A stretch of DNA of 64,000 bases from Candidatus Methanomethylophilaceae archaeon. GTDB lineage: Archaea > Thermoplasmatota > Thermoplasmata > Methanomassiliicoccales > Methanomethylophilaceae. A program made the position numbers and the translations under genes. The first letter of the stretch is position 1; every line of letters starts with the position of its first letter. A model generated the notes under the pieces. The model was not told the DNA's origin and made no database searches. It saw only the letters and a program-made list of their open reading frames with translations. The DNA is taken from assembly GCA_944320495.1 (NCBI GenBank), contig CALUHR010000003.1, positions 1-64,000 of the forward strand, read 5' to 3'. Of this stretch, positions 50,863-60,902 are shown in pieces.

Positions 50863-51160
50863 TTCTTGTTCCTCCTTTTTTTCTGACCGGAGTCAGAGGC
50901 TCTTACGAGCTTGTATAATGAATCTGAGGGGTCACTATTTAATGTTTACTGTTATCCGATTTGTATTATATTTAAACTTTATGTTTTTTGAAAAAGTGTG
51001 TAGAGTATGCTATTTCAATATTTCGACCAAGAGGAGGCAATTGGATATTATTTGAATCCATTAAACAGATTGTTTTAAATATTAGTCTCATAAAACATCC
51101 ATTTGTCATCCATCCAACACATAAAGGTACATCTCCGGAAGAGAAGATAGGACTGAAGGG

Positions 51161-51206
51161 ATCCTCCCCCGACGGGAGAAAGGAGTCGAAGAAAACGGGG
51201 GAGGAT
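51161..51206. terminator. Inverted repeat downstream of the Rh-type transporter
   Basis: ATCCTCCCCCG / CGGGGGAGGAT 11-bp perfect inverted repeat, plus a second GC hairpin near 51208-51226. Confidence 0.45.
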
Positions 51207-51235
51207 GCGGCGGGGTTCCCCCCGCCAGTGGTTTC

Positions 51236-52447
51236 TCAGGCTTCCGCAGGAGAGGCGGCTGGAGCCTCCTCGGGAAGGTCCTTGGGAGCCTCGGTCTTCA
51301 CGAAGTCGAAGTCATCGTCGCATATGACCATGGATCCGCGGGTCGCCCTGACGACGAGTCCGATGACGAATCCGGTGACCATCACGATGACGAAGACGAT
51401 GATCGCGATGACGAAGGTGGACACGCTGCCGACGATGACGGACACGAAGATGGCACCCATCCATCCGCCGACTCCGTGCAGGTTGTGGACGCCCATCATG
51501 TCCATGACCCCGATCTTCTTGGTGAACCAGGGCTGGAGATAGACGAAGCACAGGGTTGAGACGGCACCGGCGATGAGTCCGATGAGGAGTCCTCCCCAGG
51601 GTCCGACGGAGAGCAGCGGGGCTCCGATGGCGACGGGTCCGCAGAGCATGGCATAGGTGAACACCAGGCAGTTGATCTTGCCCAGCATGGAGCTCACGAA
51701 GTACGTGCTCAGCAGGGATCCGATTCCGGCCATGTAGCAGGTGATGGTCCCGGTGGTGACGCTCTCGAGCGGGAGCAGGGAGCACACGAAGGAGGGCCAG
51801 AGCATCCACAGGAGCATGGACGCGAGCCAGACGAACGTGACGCTGTGGGTGGTCGTGTACATGGGCTCGTCGAACGCCGTCTTGTCACGGATACCGAGGG
51901 CGACGCCGATACCGAAGTAGGCGGCGCACAGGTGGACGAGGACGGATCCTCCGGGGTCGGTGGCGAGGGTGCCGAAGATCTCGACGTTGCCGATGATGTA
52001 CTCCACGAGGCAGTAGACGAAGCCGAAGGCCACGCCGATGAGCAGGTACTGCCACATCTTGCAGGTTCCGAGGAACACCCCGATCGCGATGACGAGGGTG
52101 ATGGCGCAGATGACCGCCCTGATCAGCAGGGCCTGGTCCCACACGGTGTAATCGAAGACGAACTGCTGGAGCGCCAGGTAGATCACGAAGCTCGCAGCGG
52201 CGGATAGCAGGGTGGCGAGACAGACGCCCCACTCGAACTTCCTGATGAAGATCATCAGGAATGCGACAAGCATGAGCATGAACCACACGTCAAGGTTCTT
52301 GCTGAACTGATACTGCTCCTGCGGGTTGGAACCATCGGAGATGCTCACGAAGGAGAATCCCCCAGTGAACTCGCCATAGAACAGCACAGCCACGATGATT
52401 ATCGCGATGATGAGCACTGCCAGCATCGCGGACTGTTTCTTTTCCAT
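51236..52447 (-). CDS. Ammonium transporter superfamily, Rh50-like
   Basis: DVWFMLML..FLM.FIRK, DPGGS..VH..AAYFG, LW..WPSF, D..GVHNLHG are Rh-type rather than AmtB-type motifs. Confidence 0.8.
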   Translation of the reverse strand: MEKKQSAMLAVLIIAIIIVAVLFYGEFTGGFSFVSISDGSNPQEQYQFSKNLDVWFMLMLVAFLMIFIRKFEWGVCLATLLSAAASFVIYLALQQFVFDYTVWDQALLIRAVICAITLVIAIGVFLGTCKMWQYLLIGVAFGFVYCLVEYIIGNVEIFGTLATDPGGSVLVHLCAAYFGIGVALGIRDKTAFDEPMYTTTHSVTFVWLASMLLWMLWPSFVCSLLPLESVTTGTITCYMAGIGSLLSTYFVSSMLGKINCLVFTYAMLCGPVAIGAPLLSVGPWGGLLIGLIAGAVSTLCFVYLQPWFTKKIGVMDMMGVHNLHGVGGWMGAIFVSVIVGSVSTFVIAIIVFVIVMVTGFVIGLVVRATRGSMVICDDDFDFVKTEAPKDLPEEAPAASPAEA

Positions 52448-52864
52448 TTTCGAATCCCCTATCTTCTGTTGCTTTCGACCCTATCGGGTCCTGATTAGGG
52501 GAAACATCCGGCACGGCGGTCCTTCCGCCGATTTCCCTGGAGACTCGCCGCGCACCGGATTTCAAATCCTCGGCCCGGTCGGTCGTAGGGGGCTCGACAC
52601 ACAGCCCGAAGGCCATACCCCGTTCCGCCCTAGCGGGCTGCGGTCCGTCTCCTCGCCTCATGGAAAGGCTGAGGAACAAATCTCATCCATCGGTATAAAA
52701 AACTGATGCATAGGACCACGTGGGGGACTGCCAGCTATTTCAACCTTGTTTGGATGGATGGACCCATACGGATGCGGAATCGGTCCATTGCCGGGATTGG
52801 AATGGACGTTCACCGGAGCCATATGCGTCGGACCTCGGTAATTGAGGTCCACCGGCACATCGTG

Positions 52865-53483
52865 CTACCAGGAGAACCTCATCGCACGTCGGAGCATGGA
52901 GAACGCGACCTTCGCCAGCGCCTCCGTTTCGCTCTCGACCTGCGTCGTCCATTCGAGCGTCCAGTCGTCAGACAGGCTCTCGGGAGACCCATCCGGGGAT
53001 CGCAACCTCTTCCGCGTCCCAGCGTTCCTGTCGATCTCCCTCGGCTCGCCCCCGGGGACGCGCACGGTCCCGAGCCTCGCATCTTCCCGTAGGGTTCGGA
53101 GGCGTCCTTCATGAATCCGAGTGGCGGCGGGAGCCACCAGGTCACGCAGCTCGGCAGCGTCATGACCTCCCCTGGTCCCCGCACAGCCTGTCCATCAGCT
53201 GTTCTTCGCAATCCCTCCGATCTCCCCGCACCCCGGGAGGCACTGAATCATCGCAGAGGCTGCACGCGGTCACCATCAGCATGGCGCCGTAGCCGTATCA
53301 GTAGGGCCAGCCCGTATGGCGCGGGCATCCGTCGTCGTTCCATGTCCCGTGGGTCACGCCGACGTCCCTCCCGGGGGATCCGAGGATGTGGCACGTCCAC
53401 CCCTCGGCGAGCCTGCGAATGGTGGTCCCCCGATCGTGGCAATGACATCTGGTCAGGGTCCCCGCGTAGATGCCAGGCCCCAT
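52865..53483 (-). pseudogene. Probable decayed gene
   Basis: AAAGGAG RBS and ATG at 53483, followed by protein-like frames broken by several TGA/CGA codons and frame changes. Confidence 0.3.
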
Positions 53484-53592
53484 GCCGATCGGTCTCCTTT
53501 CCGATGACGTCCGTTCCGACGTTTTCAACGCCGCGGATCGGGATGACCGTGCCCCATAACCTGTTATAAGGACCGGTCCGATACCGCATCCG

Positions 53593-54876
53593 ATGACTCA
53601 GGAAGACGCCCAGTACATCAGAAGCAAGGTGATGGCGCACAACAAATGGTTCGAGGAGTGCATCCCCATGATCGCATCCGAGAACCTCATGAGCCCCCTT
53701 GCCAAGGAGATGCTCATCTCCGACTTCGCGGACAGGTACGCCGAGGGCCTCCCCGGCAAGCGCTACTACCAGGGCAACATCTATGTCGACGAGGTCGAGC
53801 TCAAGGCGATCGAGCTCGCCAAGAAGGTCTTCGACGCCGACTTCGCCGATGTCAGACCCATCTCCGGCACCGTCGCCAACATGGCGGTGCTCTTCGCATT
53901 CGCCCAACCCGGCGACACGATCACCACCTGCGCCCTGGCCCAGGGGGCCCACATCTCCACCTGCGAGTTCGGTGCCTTCGGACAGAGGTCTGTCAACTCC
54001 GTCAACTACCCGTTCAACGAGCACGACATGAACCTCGACGTGGACGGCACCATCAAGCTCCTGAAGGAGGTCAGGCCCAAGGTCGCCCAGTTCGGACTGT
54101 CCGTCTTCCTGTTCCCCCCGCCGCTCAAGGAGCTCCAGGACACCTTCAACGAGATCGGGTGTCTGGTCTGGGAGGACTGCGCCCACGTCCTCGGCCTCAT
54201 CGCCGGGAAGCAGTTCCACGACCCCCTCAGGGAGGGTGTGAACATCGTGTCCTCCTCGACCCACAAGACCTTCCCCGGACCCAACCACGGTCTCCTCCTC
54301 GGACAGAACCTCACCGAGGAGCAGGAGAAGCAGCTCCAGAAGGCCGTCTTCCCCGGAGTCACCTCCAGCCACCACCTCCACGCGATGGCCGCCCTCGCCG
54401 TGACCCTCGCCGAAATGGACGTCTTCGCGAAGGACTATGCGGCCCAGACCTGCAAGAACGCCAGGGCCCTCGGGCAGGCGCTTTACGAGCGCGGGGTGCC
54501 CGTCCTCTGCCCGGACCTCGGATTCACCAGGTCCCACGCCATTGCCGTCGACGTCTCCCAGTTCGGAGGCGGGAAAGACTGCGCCAAGGCCCTGGAGGAC
54601 GCGAACATCATCTGCAACAAGAACATGCTTCCCAGGGACACCAGCTCCGTCAGGCCCTCCGGCCTCAGGCTCGGGGCCCAGGAGATGACCAGGCTCGGAA
54701 TGAAGGAGAGCGACATGGTCGAGGTCGCCGACCTCATCTCCCGCGTCGTGGTCAAGAAGGAGGACCCTGCCAAGGTTAAAGAGGACGTCAAGACCTTCAA
54801 GAGGCAGTTCACCTCGATACAGTACTGCTTCAACGCGGGCGAGCCCGCCTACGGCTACCACAAGCTCGTCGAGTGA
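53593..54876 (+). CDS. glyA: Serine hydroxymethyltransferase (archaeal)
   Basis: IASEN.MS, RYAEG.PG.RYYQG, GAHIS, SSTHKTFPGP, SGLRLG. Confidence 0.96.
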   Translation: MTQEDAQYIRSKVMAHNKWFEECIPMIASENLMSPLAKEMLISDFADRYAEGLPGKRYYQGNIYVDEVELKAIELAKKVFDADFADVRPISGTVANMAVLFAFAQPGDTITTCALAQGAHISTCEFGAFGQRSVNSVNYPFNEHDMNLDVDGTIKLLKEVRPKVAQFGLSVFLFPPPLKELQDTFNEIGCLVWEDCAHVLGLIAGKQFHDPLREGVNIVSSSTHKTFPGPNHGLLLGQNLTEEQEKQLQKAVFPGVTSSHHLHAMAALAVTLAEMDVFAKDYAAQTCKNARALGQALYERGVPVLCPDLGFTRSHAIAVDVSQFGGGKDCAKALEDANIICNKNMLPRDTSSVRPSGLRLGAQEMTRLGMKESDMVEVADLISRVVVKKEDPAKVKEDVKTFKRQFTSIQYCFNAGEPAYGYHKLVE

Positions 54877-54890
54877 ACGGAGGGATGCGC

Positions 54891-55169
54891 ATGGGATTCA
54901 TGGACAAGATGAAGGATGCGGTCAAGGACGCCGACACCAAGATCGGCAACTCCATCGACAAGAGCAAGCTCGACTCCCAGATCAGGGACGAGGAGCGCAA
55001 CATCGAGAAGCTGGAGGCCGAGATCGGACAGGAGGTCGTCAAGACCCTGAAATCCGGCAAGACCGTGGCCGAGGCCAACATCCAGGCCAACTACGACAAG
55101 ATCCTCGAGTCCGAGAAGAAGATCGAGGAGCTCAAGGCCAAGAAGGAAGCCATCGGAAAGGAGGAGTGA
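54891..55169 (+). CDS. Small charged coiled-coil protein
   Basis: MGFMDKMKDAVK...; Lys/Glu-rich; followed by the hairpin CGGCGGGG-AGA-CCCCGCCG. Confidence 0.75.
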   Translation: MGFMDKMKDAVKDADTKIGNSIDKSKLDSQIRDEERNIEKLEAEIGQEVVKTLKSGKTVAEANIQANYDKILESEKKIEELKAKKEAIGKEE

Positions 55170-55342
55170 TCCCCTCGGCGGGGGAGACCCCGCCGCCCAA
55201 ACGACTTACCATCCCCGGATTACGTATGTGCGCCATCCGTTACAGTCCGGACGGCTTGTAACTACGCTTTCGTGCAACATTCTTTTTTTGTTAGATAGCT
55301 TAATAAGTCCACGGGTCGGTTCCCATTTAAAAGGGGGAGACC

Positions 55343-56080
55343 ATGGACACAGAGGAGATTCTCAGGAACCTATAGGATTCGGTCGTGAAGCTCGACGTGG
55401 ACGGCTGCCGCAGATACGCGGAGATCGCCATGGACTCCGGCATGCCTCCAGAGGAGGCCATTGAGAGGGGACTCGCACGTGGCATGGACCGCATCAGCGA
55501 CATGTTCGACGAGGGCACCGCCTATCTCCCCCAGATCCTGATGGCATCGAAGGCCATGGACGCCGCCCTGGACGTCATCATCCCGCATATCGAGAGGCAG
55601 GGGTCCTGTCTCCGCGGGATAGTCGTCATGGGATCCGTCAAGGGCGACATCCACTCCATCGGCAAGAACGTGTGCTGCGCCATGCTCCGCGGCGCCGGAT
55701 TCAAGGTCGTCGACCTCGGAACGGACGTGGATCCGGACAAGTTCGTCAAGGCCGTCGAGAAGCATCATCCGAACGTGGTCGGCGCCTCGGCACTCATGAC
55801 CGTCAGCCTCCCCCAGCAGAGGCAGCTGGTGCGCATCTTCAGGGAGAACGGCATATCCGTTCTCACCATCTTCGGCGGCGCCCCCTGTAGCCAGGAGTGG
55901 GTCGATGAGATCGGAGGGGACGGGTACTCCGACTCAGGCGCGAGCATCGTCAGGCTCGTGCGCTCGCTCCTTGGCATCGACGTCCAGGTCGGATCCGGCC
56001 AAAAGGATTATATCGGAATTGACCGGGATGGGGAGCCAGATGACGGCCAAACGCTATGTCGACATTTTCGAGGCATATGA
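55343..56080 (+). CDS. mtmC: Second methylamine corrinoid protein, with in-frame TAG at codon 11
   Basis: GGGGGAG RBS, ATG 55343, MDTEEILRNL-TAG-DSVVKLD aligns with MtmC1 MSKEEILADL-K-KSVETWD; GDIHSIGKN motif. Ends at 56062 if CGA is a stop. Confidence 0.85.
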
Positions 56081-57419
56081 CCGGTTCTTCAAGGGGGAGC
56101 GCGTCACCGAGAACGACTGGGACTACAACATAGTCCCGAAGGCGGCGGCCGACATCAAGGAGAAGTTCAAGATCTCGTTCGGAAGGGACATCATCCCCAC
56201 CGATGAGGACCTGTGCGAGAGACTGTTCCTCGCAGGCATCGACATGCTCCTCACCACCGGGTTCTACAACACCGATCTGAAGAGGGTCATGAGGATCGAC
56301 GAGGACGAGCTCTTCGAGGGACTCAAGATGGCGCCGACGAAGCTGCAGCTCGGCTCCGGCAAGGACCAGCGCGAGTGCCAGGCCCGCCGCGGCAACGCCC
56401 GTCGCAAGCCCATCATCCAGGGTGGCCCTACCGGGGCGCCCGTGTCGGAGGCGAGCTTCGTCCCCATGATCCGCTCTTACGCCCAGGAGCCCGTCGTAGA
56501 CACGATAGTCAGCGGGGTCCTGAGCACCATCAACAACCATCCGGCGACCACCAACACGCCCTGGGAGATCCGCGCCACGATGGCCGAGACCAGGTACGTG
56601 AGGGAGGCATGCCTGATGGCCCAGCGCCCAGGCATGTGCATCTAGGGGCCCCAGACCCCCCTCTCCGCCGCGGGGAGGCTGGCGTCGGACCTCACGCAGC
56701 ACGGCCTCAAGCCCTACGACGCCCACGAGTGCTCCCAGCTGAACGAGCTGAAGATCGACATGTCCGCCCTGAACATGATGGCGGGCTGGCAGGCCGTGGG
56801 GGACATCGTCATGATGGAGCAGATGCCCATCTTCGGAGGCTACGTCGGAGGCGTGGAGGAGACCGCGATCTGCGACGTGGCGACAATGATCGCATCGTTC
56901 GCGATATTCGACTGCGACATCCACCTGGACGGCCCGATCCACATCAGATGGGGGACCACGACCACCCGCGAGACGCTGAAGATCGCCGCGCACGCCGCGG
57001 CCGCTCTGGACCAGAACACCGATTTCCTGCTGGCCAACCAGTACTACACGATGGCCGGGCCCTGCACGGACATGTGCCTGCTGGAGATCGCCGCCCAGGC
57101 GATGACCGACACCGCCTCCGGCAGGGAGCTCCTCTCCGGCGTGGCGTCGTCCAAGGGAGTCAGCCGCGACAGGACCACGGGCATGGAGGCCAGGTTCATG
57201 GGGGAGGTCTCGCTCGCGACCTGCGGGATGAGCATAGAGGACGTCAACAGCACGATCGACAACGTCCTGAAGCTCTACGAGAAGGACTTCGCGAAGGCGC
57301 CCCAGGGAAAGACGTTCCAGGAGTGCTACGACGTCACCACGATGGAGCCCAGCGACGAGTATGTGGAGCTCTACGACAGGATGGTGGACGTCCTCGGTAC
57401 CTGCGGGATGGACTTCCGA
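56040..57419 (+). CDS. mtmB: Second MtmB (Pyl at codon 202); proposed CGA stop
   Basis: RPGMCI-TAG(56643-45)-GPQTPLS. Collinear with mtmB1 to GMDF, then CGA 57417-19, giving 459 aa; standard code runs to 57908. Confidence 0.93.
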
Positions 57420-57758
57420 TCGCTCCTTGTTCTCCTCGGACACCAGGTTGAGGCCGGCCACCCCGGCGACGATCATGAAGAGGCAGATCCAGCCGACCCA
57501 GTTCAGACCCTCGTCCATCCAGATCATGCCCACCACGACGGCCCCCACGGCGCCGATGGCCGTCCATACCGCGTAGCACGGGCCTGTCGGGAGACCGTGC
57601 CTGAATCCGAGGTTGAGCAGGTACATGCTGATGCCCAGGAAGATCATCATGGGGATCATCCAGAGAGGCTCGGAGAACCCGTCTGTGAACTTCAGGCATG
57701 TCGCCCATGCGGTCTCCGCGACGCCTCCTGCGAGGACGTAGAGCCATCCCCTGTTCAC
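57420..57758 (-). CDS. SMR family transporter (SugE/Gdx-like); proposed CGA stop
   Basis: GTG start overlapping the upstream TGA; W..L.GG.AE.AWA..LK..DGF, YAVWTAIG, four TMs; CGA gives 112 aa. Confidence 0.85.
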
Positions 57759-58087
57759 AGCACCATCCCCCTGGAGAGCTCGAGGCCTACGACACCAGCG
57801 AGGATCAGCCCCACCAGGACCATCTTGACCGCCCCGACTGCCTCCCTGTACAGGAAGTACCCGACGGCCATGGTGCACACGGCACCGATGCCGGTCCACA
57901 TGGCGTAGGAGACGCCCATGGGTATCGTCTCCATACCCACGCCCATAAGGACGGGACTGAGGACGGCGAAGAACACGGTCGCCGCGAGCCATGCGATCCT
58001 GCGGTCCTCGTCGAACCTCTTGAGCGTTATGACCCAGACGGGCTCCAGCAGCCCGGCGGCGATTATCCACAGCATCCCTGCGTCCAT
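57755..58087 (-). CDS. SMR family transporter (SugE/Gdx-like)
   Basis: AGLLEPVW..TLK, SYAMWTGIG, YRE, GVVGL. Confidence 0.9.
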   Translation of the reverse strand: MDAGMLWIIAAGLLEPVWVITLKRFDEDRRIAWLAATVFFAVLSPVLMGVGMETIPMGVSYAMWTGIGAVCTMAVGYFLYREAVGAVKMVLVGLILAGVVGLELSRGMVL

Positions 58088-58151
58088 GGGGCGGGCAATG
58101 TCGCACGCTTAATAACGGTTGCCGGGAGGCTGAACGGCACTGAACAGAGTG

Positions 58152-58165
58152 TAAGGATAACCGAA
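58152..58165. promoter_or_regulatory. Possible DtxR/IdeR-type operator
   Basis: TAAGGATAACCGAA partly matches the TTAGGTTAGCCTAA core and lies upstream of dtxR-feoB. Confidence 0.3.
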
Positions 58166-58197
58166 TTATTTTTAGGTAGAGCGATTATCCCAGTCCG

Positions 58198-58863
58198 ATG
58201 ACCACAGGGAACCGCGAGGACTATCTCATCAACATTCTCAGACTCACAGAGGGCGAGGGCGTGGCCAAGACCACCGAGCTCGCCTCCTTCATGGGCGTTT
58301 CGCCCGCCAGCGTGAGCGAGATGGTCAAGGTCCTCGCGAAGGAGGGTCTCGTCTCCTACGAGAAGTACAAGGGCGTCGCCCTCACCGACAAGGGTCTGAC
58401 CTACGCTCGCCAGATCCGCAAGAAGCACCATGTGGTCGAGCGCTTCCTCACCGACTACCTCAACGTGGACCACAAGACCGCCCACGAGGAGGCCTGCCGC
58501 ATCGAGCACGCCATCTCCGACGAGTCGGCGATCAGGATGTGCCACATGATGGGCACCCCGGTGGACGTGGACTGCCAGAGCTGCATCTCGCCCTGCAAGG
58601 CGGTCTCCGAGGGGATCATGAACATCCTCCCCCTGAACAAGCTCGCCCAGAGCCAGTCCGGGAGGATATCCCACATCAAGTCCGACGATGCGGAGGTCGT
58701 GAAGAAGCTCATCTCCATGGGGTTCGTCCCCGGCAGGGAGATCTCCATCGAGGCCATCCTCTCGGACGGCGGACCCCGCGTGGCGCGCATCGGAGACGCC
58801 ACCATGGCGCTGGACTACAGGCTCGCGTCCTGCATCTTCGTGGACGTCGAGTCCGAGAGCTGA
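58198..58863 (+). CDS. DtxR/MntR-family metal-dependent repressor with C-terminal FeoA domain
   Basis: EDYL..I, VSPASVSEMV, LT..G, RKHH..ERFL, AC.IEH; C-terminal L..MGF.PG. Confidence 0.93.
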   Translation: MTTGNREDYLINILRLTEGEGVAKTTELASFMGVSPASVSEMVKVLAKEGLVSYEKYKGVALTDKGLTYARQIRKKHHVVERFLTDYLNVDHKTAHEEACRIEHAISDESAIRMCHMMGTPVDVDCQSCISPCKAVSEGIMNILPLNKLAQSQSGRISHIKSDDAEVVKKLISMGFVPGREISIEAILSDGGPRVARIGDATMALDYRLASCIFVDVESES

Positions 58864-58897
58864 GTAATTATAGGGAGCGCCCATCGGGGTCCCCAGC

Positions 58898-60850
58898 ATG
58901 TCTCAACCTTCAGGAGGACCCGTCGCCGAGGGCGGCGGACGCGTCCTCAGGGTGGCCCTCGTGGGCCAGCCCAACGTGGGCAAATCCTCGCTCTTCACCC
59001 GCCTGACCGGCGTGGGCGTGATATCCTCGAACTACCCCGGCACCACGGTGACGTTCGAGGAGGGCGCCATCACCAGGAACGGCTCCACAGTCAGCGTCCG
59101 CGACCTGCCCGGCACCTTCGGCATATCCGGGAACTCGGACGACGAGAGGGTCGTCATCAGGAACCTGAGGGAGCAGGGGTTCGACTGCATCATACTGGTG
59201 GCCGATGCCACCGGCCTGTCCGGGAGCCTTGTGCTGTGCGAGGAAGCCCTCGAGCTGGGGCTCCCGACCATCGTGGCGCTCAACAAGATGGACGAGGCCC
59301 GCAAGAGGCTGTCCATCGACAGCTCGAAGCTGGAGGAGGCCCTCGGCGTGCCGGTAATTCCGGTGTCCTCGAAGACCTCCGAGGGCGTCGACGAGCTCGC
59401 TGACGCGGTATGCGCCGGGAAGGCGAGGCTCCCCAAGTCCGACATGCGCTTCGACGACGGGATCGAGGCGGCCATCGCAGGGATAACTGAAGCCCTGCCG
59501 GACGGCATGCCATTCTCCAAGCGGGGCGTGGCCATCAAGATCCTCGAGCACTCGCCCGAGTTCGACCCCCTGGCCGACGACGACACCCGCCGTTCAGCCG
59601 GCCTCATGCGCCGCGTGTACTCGGAGCGCGAGGGCAGGTCCATGGCGGTGTCCATCGCCACCGAGAGGTACTCGTGGGCGGAGAAGGTCGTGTCGTCCTG
59701 TGTCGAGAAGGACGAGAGCAGGCTGTCCCTTGCCGACAGGATATCGGACATCACAATCACGCCGATCACCGGCCTGCCGATCCTCGTGCTGATATGCCTC
59801 GGCATACTCACGGTGATCGTCTACGCCGGCTCGTTCCTCGACGGGGTGGTGAACGGTGTCTACAGCTCCGTCATCGGGAGCGCTCTCATCGACTTCGGCC
59901 GCTCCATCGGAGGGGACTTCGGCGAGGCCGTGTTCACCGGGATCGACGGGAGCTTCCAGGCGATGCTGGCGCTCGTCATCCCCTACATCCTCGTCTTCTA
60001 CATCATCCTGGGCATCCTGGAGGATTCCGGATACCTGACCAGAGCGGTCGTGCTCCTGGACAACATAATGCACCACTTCGGTCTCCACGGAGGCTCTTTC
60101 ATCCCCATGATCGTCGGCATCGGGTGCAACGTGCCGGCCATCCTGGCGGTGCGCACGGTCAAGTCCCGCAGGGAGAAGATCATCCTCTCCTCTATAATCA
60201 TCATGGCCGTCCCCTGCTCGGCGCAGCTGGCCATAATCATGGGCGCCACAGGGTCCTACGCCGGGGTGCTCTATGCGTTCGGCATCCTCGTGATGCTCGT
60301 CTGCCTCGGCATGGCGGTCGGCGTCCTCATGAACAGGTTCCTGAGATACGAGCCAAGCGACCTCGCCATGGAGCTGCCCCCGCTGCAGATGCCCACGGTC
60401 AAGAACATCCTGTTCAAGACCTGGCACAGGATCAAGGACTTCCTCTACATCGCGTTCCCCCTGCTCGTGGTGGGCTCCATCGTGGTGGAGATCCTCATCT
60501 CATACGATCTGCTCGGGGCCATCGTCGATCCGCTCTCGCCCATCACCGTCGGCATCCTGGGACTTCCGGCCGTCTGCACCATAGCGTTCATCGTCGGCAT
60601 CCTGAGGAAGGAGATGGCCGTAGGGATGCTCTCGGTACTGGCAGGAGGGGTCGCCCTGGAGGAGTTCATGACGCCGGACCAGTTCGTGGTGTTCGGAGTG
60701 GTGATGGCGGTGTACATGCCGTGCCTCGCCACCCTCCTGACGATGTGGCGCGAGATCGGGTGGAAGGAGACCATCTGCGTGAGCGTCCTGTCCATAGCGG
60801 TGGCCATCGCCCTCGGAGGGGCGGCCAACCTGCTGCTCCAGCTGTTCCGA
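58898..60850 (+). CDS. feoB: Ferrous iron transporter B; proposed CGA stop
   Basis: GQPNVGKS, NYPGTTV, DLPG, NKMD, G.GCNVPA, MELPP, Y.PC.ATL. Last TM ends LLQLF followed by CGA CGA (650 aa). Confidence 0.93.
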
Positions 60851-60902
60851 CGACGCCTCCGGAGGAACCAAGCATATTATCGGATGATGCCATCCAGCGC
60901 TC

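Noticed and set aside
55950-58106. 718-aa minus-strand ORF
   Set aside because: Only the SMR segment 57420-57758 is real; the rest is antisense to mtmB2.
58088-58197. Guanidine riboswitch upstream of the SMR pair
   Set aside because: No ykkC or ACGR-loop twin-hairpin pattern found.
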